This document shows positions 28,293-38,108 of a stretch of DNA of 40,775 nt, in pieces. Below the pieces are notes generated by a model. The model was not told the origin of the DNA. It was given only the letters and a program-made list of their open reading frames with translations, and made no database searches. The position numbers and the translations under genes were made by a program. Location of the stretch: the sequence record SRR22947727_5184, one strand, 5' to 3'. Position 1 is the stretch's first letter; each line of letters starts with the position of its first letter.

Positions 28293-29894
28293 TCATCCGC
28301 TCGGGAGTCGGTTGAAATCACCCAGTACCCCAGGATTCATGAGTCCCTCTGGATCCAGTTCTCGTTTTAGCGCACTTAACACACTGCGGCTGTCAGGGTT
28401 GAGACTCGACAACATCGGATAAGTCTTACCGATTTGATTGCTGGCTGCCCCCTGCTCGGCAAACACTGCAACAACGGTGCTGCGAATTTCATCTACCAGC
28501 GCGCGACCCTCGGGATTTGCCGCAGGCTCTTTGAGTTTGGCGAGATAAGCCGGCTCTGGTACCTGTTTATGAATCGGTAACCATTCGTCAAACCATCGTA
28601 AAACCGGTTCGTAGCTAAAAATAGATTGGGCAATAGCAATATATAAAAAGCTCATGGTCACGCCATGCTGCGCCATGCGCGCTCGATACGGATCAATCGC
28701 TGCTTCAGTGGCTGCAATGAGCGCCGCTGAATCTGAGTGAGATACTTTGGCGTTTAATGCGGCCCAGCGCTCTCCATCAGCCCCTAAAATGCCATTAAGG
28801 GGTTCAAACGGGTTAGCTCGAGCGGCCTTGGGTATGGTGTTGCTAATGATAACGCCACCGTGCGCTGTCGCCAAACGCGTTGCCTGAATGCAATCGTCAT
28901 GCACGCCCGCGGCTGAGCGTCCTGCACAGACAAAATGTAAGGTGTGAACGTTACCCTCTACGAACCGTCGCCCCGCAATGGCCATCTTTGCTCCTTCCTG
29001 AAGTCCTTTTATGAGGTTCGATTGCGAGCGAATGACATTGCTGAGTCGGTTGATGTCCTTCATGAGCGTTGCCGAGTCGAGGGAGCGCTGGGTTGTGGCA
29101 GGATCAAAACAATAGGCCTCCTCACAGAAGCCACTGCGACCAATGGCTGAGAGTGCCTCAATGGCCTCTTGCTGTGTGGCGAAGGCGAGGGAGCCGTATT
29201 CTGCTGCTTCGGGCATCGGCATCATTTTCAGCGATGCTTGCGTTTTGACACCCAAGGCGCCGGCGTCATGAACAAATAGGCCGGTGATGTCGGGTCCGTA
29301 CTGCCGGAACCCGGGGCGGCCATTATGAAACGCGGCTTGTCCCGTTCGAATGCAGCGTCCTCTGCCATCGACAACATCGACACCGACGACGATATCAGCC
29401 GCGCTGCCGTAGCGCGCTGTCCCCATAAAGAGTGCGCCATTGGATAGCCCCCCGCCGACGGTGGCGCGACTGCCAGAGAAAGTGCCAAAAAAAGGTAAGC
29501 GGAGACCGCGAGGGGTGAGTGCTTCCCAGATCTGCTGCCAGGTGACGCCCGCTTCAACCGTAATAATCAGGTCATCCTCATCAATGGATACGATACGGTT
29601 GAGTGCGCTGAGATCCAGCATCACCGTCTCAGCCCGCTGGGGCAGGTAGCCTCCGGTATAGGACATGCCGCCGCCGCGCTGCGTGATGGCCCAGCCCGCT
29701 TGCGTGCTAATCCGCACGGCATCAGCGACTTGCGCTGGTGTTGTCGGCCTCACGACGAGGCCGGGGGCTACACCGGGACTGTAGACGTCGGTTGTGTACA
29801 GCGCGGTATCGGGCGTGTTGATAAGGGTGCTGGGGCCCAAAGCTTGACTTAAGGCATCTCGCAGTAAGGCGGCTTGGTTAGCGGCGGTGTTCAT
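28293..29894 (-). CDS. FAD-binding oxidoreductase (VAO/PCMH, D-lactate dehydrogenase-like)
   Basis: RGGGMSYTGG, TVEAGVTW, ATVGGGLS and C-terminal LKRELDPEGLMNPG. Confidence 0.88.
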   Translation of the reverse strand: MNTAANQAALLRDALSQALGPSTLINTPDTALYTTDVYSPGVAPGLVVRPTTPAQVADAVRISTQAGWAITQRGGGMSYTGGYLPQRAETVMLDLSALNRIVSIDEDDLIITVEAGVTWQQIWEALTPRGLRLPFFGTFSGSRATVGGGLSNGALFMGTARYGSAADIVVGVDVVDGRGRCIRTGQAAFHNGRPGFRQYGPDITGLFVHDAGALGVKTQASLKMMPMPEAAEYGSLAFATQQEAIEALSAIGRSGFCEEAYCFDPATTQRSLDSATLMKDINRLSNVIRSQSNLIKGLQEGAKMAIAGRRFVEGNVHTLHFVCAGRSAAGVHDDCIQATRLATAHGGVIISNTIPKAARANPFEPLNGILGADGERWAALNAKVSHSDSAALIAATEAAIDPYRARMAQHGVTMSFLYIAIAQSIFSYEPVLRWFDEWLPIHKQVPEPAYLAKLKEPAANPEGRALVDEIRSTVVAVFAEQGAASNQIGKTYPMLSSLNPDSRSVLSALKRELDPEGLMNPGVLGDFNRLPSG

Positions 29895-29950
29895 GGGTAC
29901 GCTCCGTCAAGAGGTGATCTGATGCGCCAACACCGGCCGCTCTAGTGTAT

Positions 29951-30766
29951 TTATAACCTATGTTGCGCAAAAAATGCGTGGGTTTGATCGAGAATCGCCC
30001 TCGCTCTTTCGACTGGATCGGGGTAGCGCTCACGATAAAAAAGTGACCGAATCTCTAGGCTAATGGGCAAATCGTGAGGTAATGCGCGTGCCATCTCGGC
30101 GACCGGAATGGCGCCTTCTCCTGGCGCGAGCCGTCCGTCGATCGCATCAATAAAATAGGCCTCTGGGTCGGAGAGTGTCCCGCCTTGTGGCATGTCACAC
30201 AGTTGTGCATAGCTGAGCCACTCGAGCGGGATCTCGCTGATCTTTTCGGGTGCATGACCGACCCGTTCATGGTGAAAAGGATCGACCAAAATGCCTCCTG
30301 CGGGATGGCCGACGGCGGTGACCACATCGAGTGCGTCGTCCAACGTTTTAACCTCGGTGATACCCATGTATTCAAGGCAGGCACGCATGCCTGCTGCGCT
30401 CGCGTGTTCGCACAGATCTGCATACAGCCATTGAGTTCGTTCTCGATCGGGCTCTGAGCTGACGATGAGGCAGTTTTTGGCGCCAATCTCGCCGCCAATC
30501 GCGATGATTTCGTGATGAAGTGGATCGGGGTCGGCACCGGCTTGTAACCAAATCACTTCAATATCGAGGGCAACCAGTCCGGTTTCGCGTAAAGCAGCGG
30601 CCACATCAGCGCTGGTATTGGCATGCCAGTTTTCTCCTGGCGCCACCCACAGTCCTACTGCGTTGTAGCCTGCATCGGCTGCGATCCGCACCATATCGGG
30701 GGCCGAGACAATGGGCGGATTACCCTCGTGGACCCCTGAGGCGAGTGCGATTAATCGTTCGCTCAT
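29951..30766 (-). CDS. Sugar phosphate isomerase/epimerase family TIM barrel protein
   Basis: CLEYM, VDPFH, AQLCD, RLAPGEG and SLEI metal-site pattern. Confidence 0.85.
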   Translation of the reverse strand: MSERLIALASGVHEGNPPIVSAPDMVRIAADAGYNAVGLWVAPGENWHANTSADVAAALRETGLVALDIEVIWLQAGADPDPLHHEIIAIGGEIGAKNCLIVSSEPDRERTQWLYADLCEHASAAGMRACLEYMGITEVKTLDDALDVVTAVGHPAGGILVDPFHHERVGHAPEKISEIPLEWLSYAQLCDMPQGGTLSDPEAYFIDAIDGRLAPGEGAIPVAEMARALPHDLPISLEIRSLFYRERYPDPVERARAILDQTHAFFAQHRL

Positions 30767-30904
30767 ACTGGATACCTTGTCGTGACGCGGCTGCGGTGGG
30801 TCGCACATCTGGCCGCATTAATGCCGCTTTCTTAGGATAATCATGCAACGATCTGCCCGATCAATCTAGTCCTGATCGCGCTGCCTGGCATGATGGAATG
30901 GTCA

Positions 30905-30937
30905 GTTTTGATGGCTTGTTTTGATGGAGGGTTTTGA
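30905..30937. repeat. 13-bp-period repeat GTTTTGATGG, about 2.5 copies
   Basis: gttttgatggctt-gttttgatggagg-gttttga in a divergent intergenic region. Confidence 0.55.
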
Positions 30938-31142
30938 GCGAGTGAGGCGTGATTGAGTCGGTTCTTACGGTGGACGCTTCATTGGTGTATTGCTGGCACC
31001 TTGACTGCTACGGGGGGGCTCAGGGGCGGAGTTAGTGTGACGGCTTCATGCAAGGTAGCGAGGTACTGATTGTGAGGGCAGAATGTGAGGGGTAAGCTGA
31101 CTTTTTTGATTTGCGCGTGATGTCGTGGCGGGGTGATGAGCA

Positions 31143-31616
31143 GTGGTGGCAACAGTGAATCCTTTAGCAGGATTAGCGATCGTTCACACGGGGTTAGTGT
31201 GTCGAGACATGGCGGCGGCACAAGCACGCCTCAGCGAGACCTTGCACGTGTCGTGGATCGATGACAATCGAGAAGAGTGGCCTTTAACGATTTTTGGCAA
31301 GCCCGTCACGCTTAACCTTCGCATTGCCCACGCGAGTACGGGTGTGGCCAATTTTGAGTTGATTGAGGCTGTGCCTGATACTCCCTGGGTGACGACACAG
31401 GCCATCATGCAACATCACGTGTGTCTTTATAGTCCCGACTCGGCAGCGGTATGTCGATCTCTCGAGGCACTGGGCTATCAACGCCTTTTGGGTGCGGCGG
31501 GAGACCCGCAAGGCTATTTTCAGGATCCAGAGGGGTTGCTGATAGAAATCGTTGGCGACACGCTGCTCGCTTATTTAAACGCTTATTATGATCAGTCGCA
31601 AAGTGCTGTGGCATAA
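31143..31616 (+). CDS. VOC (glyoxalase-like) family protein
   Basis: HTGLVCRD, FELIE, HHVC and DPEGLLIEIV metal-ligand pattern; start uncertain. Confidence 0.82.
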   Translation: MVATVNPLAGLAIVHTGLVCRDMAAAQARLSETLHVSWIDDNREEWPLTIFGKPVTLNLRIAHASTGVANFELIEAVPDTPWVTTQAIMQHHVCLYSPDSAAVCRSLEALGYQRLLGAAGDPQGYFQDPEGLLIEIVGDTLLAYLNAYYDQSQSAVA

Positions 31617-31799
31617 GCCCCTGGCCTCTTGGGCGACAGATGGATTAAGGTAGTGGTGCACACGAAACAGGACACCGAGTGCGAACCATTAAGTCGTGCC
31701 AAATCGTGTGCCGTTACCCAGGATAATATGCGTGTGATGGCGTTGCACTGAACGTAAAATAAGGGATTCCTAAGTTCCGCTTCACTGAGAAAGGGTGCC

Positions 31800-32516
31800 A
31801 TGAACAAGACACAACCTATCCGTCCCAATGATCTTGAGTGGGAGACGTTCCATGACCCCCACGGGCGCCCGACCACTCCGACGCGCGTGTTGAAAAATAG
31901 TGACCCCTTTCTGATCGAGGCACAATTCCCGGCGCATTTTCGCGCCGATCAGCACTGGCACCCCTACGATACGATCTATGTCGTGACGAGCGGTGAAATG
32001 CGAATCGGTGATGAAGGCTCGTTTCGTCCGGGTGATGTTCGATGGGTTAAAGCAGGCCATAGCTACGGGCCAGAGGAAGCGGGCGCAGAGGGCGTTCAGT
32101 TTCACCTCTTTAGTTTGGGTGGTGAAATCGGATTAAATTGGGCCGATCTTTACGACGTGCCGAAGGCGTTAACCGAGCGACTGGCTCGATTTCAGTCGCC
32201 GTCCGGACGTCGTCGCATCGACCAAATGCCCTTGGTGACTCCAGACGGTTTATGCCCCGACTGGGATGCGATGCCTGATGAAGGCCCACTGATCTTTCGT
32301 ATGGCGCTAGCCAGTGATGCGGTTGCATCTGGTGTATCGATTCCCTTTGACGCCGTTTGGTATCTGCGTTCGGGCACGATTGAGATTGAGGGGGAGGTCA
32401 CAGTCGGTGAGGGTGAGTTTTTTTGCGCCAGTCCCGATCAACGCTATTCCTTAAAAGCGGGCCCTGAGGGCGCTGAGTGGTTGGTCTTTTCGAGCCAGAG
32501 CTTACAGCCCCTATAG
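31800..32516 (+). CDS. Cupin-domain protein (probable bicupin)
   Basis: HWHP.D..YVVTSGE and PGDVRWVKAGH; a second degenerate cupin YLRSG..GEGEF..Y...AGPEGA. Confidence 0.8.
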   Translation: MNKTQPIRPNDLEWETFHDPHGRPTTPTRVLKNSDPFLIEAQFPAHFRADQHWHPYDTIYVVTSGEMRIGDEGSFRPGDVRWVKAGHSYGPEEAGAEGVQFHLFSLGGEIGLNWADLYDVPKALTERLARFQSPSGRRRIDQMPLVTPDGLCPDWDAMPDEGPLIFRMALASDAVASGVSIPFDAVWYLRSGTIEIEGEVTVGEGEFFCASPDQRYSLKAGPEGAEWLVFSSQSLQPL

Positions 32517-32637
32517 CGACTTCTTACCATCCCTCGCGGCTCATTAAGAGCGCGCATGACAGCGATTAGTGTGCGTCTACTCATGACAGGCATCTCATCG
32601 CATACTGGTAAGCGGCGATACAAAGGATAGGGCAAAC

Positions 32638-33267
32638 ATGAGACTACTCTTAGCCGGTGGCACCGGGCTTGTTGGCCGATGGCTGATTGAGCTTGCGAAG
32701 GATCGGCAGATCCCCATCACGACGGTAGGCCGTCGTATTACCGGTGATGTTGAGAACGAGTTAGTGGTTGATTTTGCCGACCTGCCGATCTTGCCTTCGG
32801 CGGATATCGCCATTTGCACGCTTGGCACAACGATGAGCGATGCGGGCTCTAAACCCGCCTTTAAAGCGGTCGATTTCGACGCAGTGATGGCGTTCGCTCG
32901 CGCGGCTAAACAGTCGGGGGTTAGGCATTTCCTCGCAGTCACCGCTGTTGGTGCCGACACAGAAAGCCGCGCTTTTTATTCGCGCATTAAGGGTGCTGTC
33001 GAACTCGAATTAACGACTATAGGATTCGATCGCCTTGATATTTTGCGACCCGGGCTGTTGCTGGGTAAGCGTCAGTCTCGGCGCTTTGTGGAGCAGTTTC
33101 TGCAGTATTCATCGCCGGCAATCGCACTCATCACCCGCGGTCCCTGGGCTCGATATGCCAGTATCTCAGCCGAACAGTTGGCTGGCGCTTTGCTCGCGCT
33201 TTGCCATGAGACGAGCCCTGGTATTTTCTATCATCAGAGTCCCGAGTTGCAATCCTGGGGGAGATAA
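32638..33267 (+). CDS. NAD(P)-binding protein, YraR/TIP30-like atypical SDR
   Basis: GGTGLVG, CTLGTT..AGS..AF..VD, FYSRIKG and RPGLLLG. Confidence 0.88.
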   Translation: MRLLLAGGTGLVGRWLIELAKDRQIPITTVGRRITGDVENELVVDFADLPILPSADIAICTLGTTMSDAGSKPAFKAVDFDAVMAFARAAKQSGVRHFLAVTAVGADTESRAFYSRIKGAVELELTTIGFDRLDILRPGLLLGKRQSRRFVEQFLQYSSPAIALITRGPWARYASISAEQLAGALLALCHETSPGIFYHQSPELQSWGR

Positions 33268-33599
33268 GGCTTTGAACGATGATGTATTTTAGGAATACTT
33301 GGGAAGGCCGCCACTGGTGTATTCCCTTGAGTGCACACGATTATTAACAGCGTCGTACGACAAGAAAAAGTGAAAATCTCGTAATGATGGGAGTGGATAT
33401 ATCCCTACGGATAAACCCAGTTTTGAATAGAAACCGATAGTGAGCAATGTGCTACGAGTGCACGAGTGCTCATCGTAGGCACTGATCTCTTAGCGGTGCC
33501 CTCTCTGACTCGACCAGAGTCATCTATTGGTGTCTCCGGATCGAAACACAGTCGAGCCACATTATGCGGCTGCGTCGAAGTCTCCTGAGGCCGACTAAC

Positions 33600-34376
33600 T
33601 TAACGTGTGTTGGTTTGTCCCCCGTCGACCGGAATGAGTTGGCCGGTGATGAAGTGCGAGGCGTCAGAGGCAAAAAATATCATCACCGGGCCCAGGTCGG
33701 TTAACGGGTCGCCATAAGCCTTGCCAAGCGCTATGGGATGGTGATTATTCCAATATGAGGTTGTGTTTTGGTCATCAGTCATATGCTTGCGCGCCGCCCA
33801 ATACATTGGCGTTACCATGGCAGGTAAGATGGCGTTCACGCGGATTTTATCTGCGCCCCAGGCCCCTGCGGCAGAGCGAGTCCAAGAGTGAACCGCGCCC
33901 TTGGAAGCTGAATAAGCAACCGCATGGGGTTCTGCTCTCTGGCCTGATATCGACCCAAAGTTGATGATAGAGCCGCCGCCGGTCAATTTCATATGCCGGT
34001 GCGCGGCCTGATTGGTGAGCATAGTGCCGCGGACATTTACGGCAAACATCTGATCCCAAGTTTCTGCACTGACTTCGCTGGGATCTGAGGCCGCTTGAAT
34101 AGCGGCAGGATGAGCCAGTACATCTAGACCGCCGCCAAGCAGTTCGACTGCTTTTTGAAAGGCTTCGGCAACGTTTTGCTCATTTGCAACATCGACGGGT
34201 ACAAAGTGTGCTCGGTCGGAAGCGTTGTCGTTGGCTTGAGTGATAACGGCGGCGCCAAGTTCCTGATTGATGTCCATACCAACCACCTTGGCCCCTGCTG
34301 CGACGTAAGCGAGTACGGTGGCTTCGCCCATGCCGCGGCCGCATCCGGTCACAATTATGCGCTTGTTTTCGAGCAT
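33600..34376 (-). CDS. Short-chain dehydrogenase/reductase
   Basis: TGCGRGMG, INFGS, YSASK and ITGQLIPVDGG. Confidence 0.92.
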   Translation of the reverse strand: MLENKRIIVTGCGRGMGEATVLAYVAAGAKVVGMDINQELGAAVITQANDNASDRAHFVPVDVANEQNVAEAFQKAVELLGGGLDVLAHPAAIQAASDPSEVSAETWDQMFAVNVRGTMLTNQAAHRHMKLTGGGSIINFGSISGQRAEPHAVAYSASKGAVHSWTRSAAGAWGADKIRVNAILPAMVTPMYWAARKHMTDDQNTTSYWNNHHPIALGKAYGDPLTDLGPVMIFFASDASHFITGQLIPVDGGQTNTR

Positions 34377-34571
34377 CTTTAGCCGTTAATAAAAATCATA
34401 CAGGTTGTTTAGTCTGCCACATCGACAAGCTATTTAGAAAGTTTAAACGACGCTGCTTTTGCGTACTGTGATGGCGCAAATTACCCCACGGTTTTTGTGA
34501 AGAGGGGTTAACGCTGAGACGATCCCGAGAATCATGTTAACGGTGATAGTGCGTTATCCGTACGTTTGGTG

Positions 34572-35420
34572 TTAGCGGTGATAAAAGTCGGGAGCTGGAT
34601 CTCGTTTCGGCAGCACCGCCACCGTTTCATCCACCTCTCGGTAGAACAATCTGCTAAACAGCTTTTGCTCCAATGCATAGAGCGGCTCGAAGGGTTTGCT
34701 GCTGCGAGCACGGACATAATTTTCTTCGCTGTCAAACCAGTATTCAGCCATCCCATCCCAGAGGGAGTAAAAATCTTGTCGTCTTTCAATGCCTGCGAGA
34801 GTGAAACCCTCCGCATCTGGTGCGAAGAATTTGCTCATGACATCGAGCGGGGTACGGAAGTTGATAATCAGGCCTCGCAACCCTGGCATGGTTGACGCGA
34901 GCGAGGCATAACGGCCGGTCCAATATGCGCGAAACAACTCAATTGGTAGCTCAACGGGACGTTGACCGAATTGAACAAGTTTGAATAACTTTCGCTCAGG
35001 GCGCACTACTGGACGCGATATGAATTCTTCGACTTGGAATTGAAAGGGGGTTCCGGCATAAAGTTCATCCAAATCGTCGCCAAGCTTACCGACCATAGGG
35101 TCCATTTGCAGGCCTAATTCGCCAGGGAAGTCACGCGCAGGCGACCGTGCGGCGAGATAGTCCTCAAAAGTATCAAACATCAGCTGTCCCCAGCCATCCC
35201 ATTGATTGTCAAAGTCTTCGGGTTCATTGCGCGTCAGTCTGTGGACCAGATCCTTACCCAGAGAGTTTACAACTGGCGTGTTAGAGGCGACATTTAGTAG
35301 GTAGCCGCGAATGTGATTCAGGCGCCTACCAAACGAATTGTGGTAGCCAACATGACCGGCACGGTACTCGTCGTGTGATAGTTTGGAATTGCGCTTAACA
35401 AAGCCGAGAACTTTTAACAT
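34572..35420 (-). CDS. EthD-domain protein (two dimeric alpha-beta barrel repeats), paralog 2
   Basis: KVLGFVKRN..LSHDEYR..H, WDGWGQLMFD and a second repeat with FRAYW...WDGMAEYWFDS; starts 5 nt after the paralog 1 stop. Confidence 0.8.
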   Translation of the reverse strand: MLKVLGFVKRNSKLSHDEYRAGHVGYHNSFGRRLNHIRGYLLNVASNTPVVNSLGKDLVHRLTRNEPEDFDNQWDGWGQLMFDTFEDYLAARSPARDFPGELGLQMDPMVGKLGDDLDELYAGTPFQFQVEEFISRPVVRPERKLFKLVQFGQRPVELPIELFRAYWTGRYASLASTMPGLRGLIINFRTPLDVMSKFFAPDAEGFTLAGIERRQDFYSLWDGMAEYWFDSEENYVRARSSKPFEPLYALEQKLFSRLFYREVDETVAVLPKRDPAPDFYHR

Positions 35421-35425
35421 CTCAA

Positions 35426-36328
35426 TTACCGAAAGTAGAAAGCCGGGGCCGGATTGCGATTGGGCAGTACAACCAAATTTTCGTCGACTTCGACATACCA
35501 ACAAGAGGAAAAAATTCTCTGCTCGATCGCATACAACGCTTCGTGATCGCGGCGCCGCGCATTGAGATAATCTTCAGAGTTGAGAAAATGATACTCAATG
35601 GCACCGTCAAAAAAATCACAAAATTCGGCTCTGTGCGCCTGGCCGGCGGGACTATGCCCCCAGCTTTCTTCGGGATAGAAACCGCGCATCGCGGCGTCTA
35701 GGTCTGAATCCCGAAAGTTCACAATGCAGCCTTGACATTCATGCCACTTTGCAACAACTGAGGCATAGTCGGAGACTAAGGTTTGCTTGCCGCCAGTAAC
35801 ATCCTTTAGCTTGAAGAAGTGCATCAACTTGAAGGCTTTGCGTTCAGTGCGAAAAACAGGTAGCAGGACATGTTCGTGCATGCGCAAGTGGCAGGGCTTA
35901 AACTCCTGAGGCCGGTCTGGTACCGGGTCAAATATTCTAGGGCAGTCGTCTAAATTCCAGTCAGGGTCGATTACCAACCCCTCTGCGGTGGCGCGAGTGG
36001 GTTCGAGCATCACTGCATTGATCCATGCCTCTTGGTTGTCGAAGTAGACTTCAGGGAACCCGTCCCACCACTGCAAAAAATCTTCGGGCGCATTGATATT
36101 TAACGCGTCAACCCACTCCGTTCCAAGGCGTATGCCGAGAGATGTGTTAGACCAAATATTGACCAGGTAACCTCGAATATCTTTGAGTCTGCGGCTTTGA
36201 CCGCAGTGATAGCCAACGTGTGCCGCACGATAGTCGTCGTGACTTAGCAGATCTGTATTGCGTTTTAAGAAAGCAAATACTTTGAACAATTCTTCATCGC
36301 TCAGCAGCCATTCAGGGCAAGGTATCAC
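35426..36328 (-). CDS. EthD-domain protein (two repeats), paralog 1
   Basis: FKVFAFLKRN..LSHDDYR..H, WDGFPEVYFD and FDGAIEYHF. Confidence 0.8.
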   Translation of the reverse strand: MIPCPEWLLSDEELFKVFAFLKRNTDLLSHDDYRAAHVGYHCGQSRRLKDIRGYLVNIWSNTSLGIRLGTEWVDALNINAPEDFLQWWDGFPEVYFDNQEAWINAVMLEPTRATAEGLVIDPDWNLDDCPRIFDPVPDRPQEFKPCHLRMHEHVLLPVFRTERKAFKLMHFFKLKDVTGGKQTLVSDYASVVAKWHECQGCIVNFRDSDLDAAMRGFYPEESWGHSPAGQAHRAEFCDFFDGAIEYHFLNSEDYLNARRRDHEALYAIEQRIFSSCWYVEVDENLVVLPNRNPAPAFYFR

Positions 36329-36519
36329 TGGATAATCTTGTAGAACAAGTTAATTTTGTTGTTCAAAAATAGACAGAAGAACGCGCTTCACGATGGGAAA
36401 AAAGCGTGGGAATTTTGGCCTTAGCACCATGTCAGTGCTGAAACACATAATGCTTTGTGTCGACCGTCGCCCGCCAGGGCATTCGTCTTTGCTGAACGTG
36501 TGCCGTAGAGTGATAGTTT

Positions 36520-37201
36520 GATGAGCACCAACTATACTAGCTAGGGCCGCGGTAACTGCCGTGCTTGTCTCATTCTCGGCAACACCTGCTTGCACTCTGT
36601 TCATCATGCAGGTGAGCGTGATTCCGTTATCTAAGTCATTGACTACGAGTGATTCTCCCCAACCTCCCTAGTAGCACCGATTGCCGGAGGTGTTGCCAAA
36701 ACAATTTGTTGATCCACCAAGATCATCACCAAGATCATCACCAAGATCAGAGCGGACTGGCATCAGCAAAACCTGATCGGTCCCAGAGGGTTGTGGCACG
36801 AAGACGCGATTGATGGTTTCACGAGACAGCAGCTGTGTGCCTTGAGAGGCCCCTCCGTTAGAGATGGCGGATTGCGTTTTGGCGAGTGATCCGGAGTTAT
36901 CATGGCCGGTAGCTGCACTCATCGTCGCTGCTCGCTATTTTGGGGTATTTACGATGTTCGCCTCTAGTTGCGTTCCGGAGAGCGTTTTAAAGGCGACAGG
37001 TTTGTCGAGACCCGGATCAACCGGTGATGCTGCCAGCTGCGCTGCATTGCTGATTCGACAATGTTTTTCTGGTGGTGAGCCAATAGTGAAGTCAGCGTTT
37101 AAAGGTCCGGCGACTTCCCCTGAGAAGAACGGCTGTAGTCGTTGGCCATCGGTCCTGTTGATGACTTCGCGCACAAGATACTCTTGATTATGTCTGCCCA
37201 A
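36520..37201 (-). pseudogene. Truncated serine hydrolase (class C beta-lactamase/EstB-like) pseudogene
   Basis: One reading frame broken by TAG at 36935-36937 and 36668-36670: YLVREVI..FF..EVAGPLNADFTIG / NTPK*RAA..AATGH / RCY*GGWGESLVVNDLD...MMNR; the N-terminal SxxK half is missing; the 3' end is approximate. Confidence 0.82.
36715..36749. repeat. 12-bp tandem repeat CACCAAGATCAT, 3 copies, inside the pseudogene
   Basis: Units at 36715, 36727 and 36739; encodes DLGDDLGDDLG. Confidence 0.9.
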
Positions 37202-37218
37202 GTTCTCGAAGCCGGGGG

Positions 37219-37908
37219 TTAAACCTTTCTAAATACAGCAGCAAACCCCTGATCGGCCGCATGATCATCACTCGCGCTGGCGTAATACTGAACGCGGATA
37301 AACTCAACTGGCGTGATGTGTTTATCGGCTTGTAAAGCCGCAAAGTGTGAGCCGAAATGATACTGATCAAACGCCGTTCCATTGACGCCAATCACAAACA
37401 GCGCCCCAGCGCGGCATAGGCGCAACAGCTTGATGAATGCTTCCGGTCCCACATGTCCGTGGGTAAAGGTTCCAGCGCTCACCACAGCGCCATATTGCAG
37501 TTCGGATAGGTCGATCGATTGCGTCAAGTCCGCTTCAAAAAGATGTCGGTAGACGCCTTTTGCGCGGCTAACGGCTAACATTTCTGGCGAAATGTCGACG
37601 CCATCAATCGTGAGTTGTGCGTCATCGGTGTGGTGTTCCTGTAGGGCTGAGGCCACTAGGCCTGTCCCTGATCCTACGTCTAATATTGGGTTGTCATTAG
37701 GCTTTGCATGGCGGGCGTAAATGTCCGCAATCACTTGGGGATACTGATAGCCGCGATCTTGGGCGAACTCGGCATCATAGGTCTCTGCCCAGTCACGATA
37801 TAACGCGATATTATCCTCCGGTGTTTTGAGGCCGTAAGCGTCATCGAGGCTAATTTTAGGGTCATTTTGCATGTCGCTGTTCATGTCGTTATGCGTGTCG
37901 TTTGGCAT
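37219..37908 (-). CDS. Class I SAM-dependent methyltransferase (WBSCR27/METTL27-like)
   Basis: LYRDWAETYD, ILDVGSGTG, GVDISPEML and SAGTFTHGHV. Confidence 0.9.
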   Translation of the reverse strand: MPNDTHNDMNSDMQNDPKISLDDAYGLKTPEDNIALYRDWAETYDAEFAQDRGYQYPQVIADIYARHAKPNDNPILDVGSGTGLVASALQEHHTDDAQLTIDGVDISPEMLAVSRAKGVYRHLFEADLTQSIDLSELQYGAVVSAGTFTHGHVGPEAFIKLLRLCRAGALFVIGVNGTAFDQYHFGSHFAALQADKHITPVEFIRVQYYASASDDHAADQGFAAVFRKV

Positions 37909-38108
37909 GTGGGTTTACCCCCCTGTCCAGTCACTGAGAAGTCTCAAGCTTAAGTTAGCGCCCCCCGTTATACACTGACAGACGATCCATTTCGGCGCGA
38001 GGTGGAAGGTCGTCCGGTAAAGAAACGCCCGTCGGTAGAAAAGGTGAGGCAAGCCTAATGCGCGGGTCATTCCGCTTTGGCGTGACGTGTAGCGCGTGAT
38101 AGGCCGGC

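Noticed and set aside
33292-33330. Cobalamin riboswitch-like words GGGAAG and GCCACTG
   Set aside because: They occur in the wrong order, lie between convergent genes, and lack the remaining B12-element core
35421-35504. Long overlaps between adjacent genes (the EthD pair; MFS/TMADH-like at 25997-26063)
   Set aside because: These are artifacts of longest-ORF start calls; downstream ATGs give short, normal intergenic gaps
36350-36607. Standalone 85-aa ORF
   Set aside because: Its N-terminus is the in-frame tail of the serine hydrolase pseudogene, and the rest looks like run-on sequence
36668-36937. Amber readthrough or recoding (TAG as Trp or pyrrolysine) in the serine hydrolase
   Set aside because: The gene also lacks its catalytic N-terminal half and has eroded motifs, and TAG terminates intact genes in this window (for example at 1286 and 32516)
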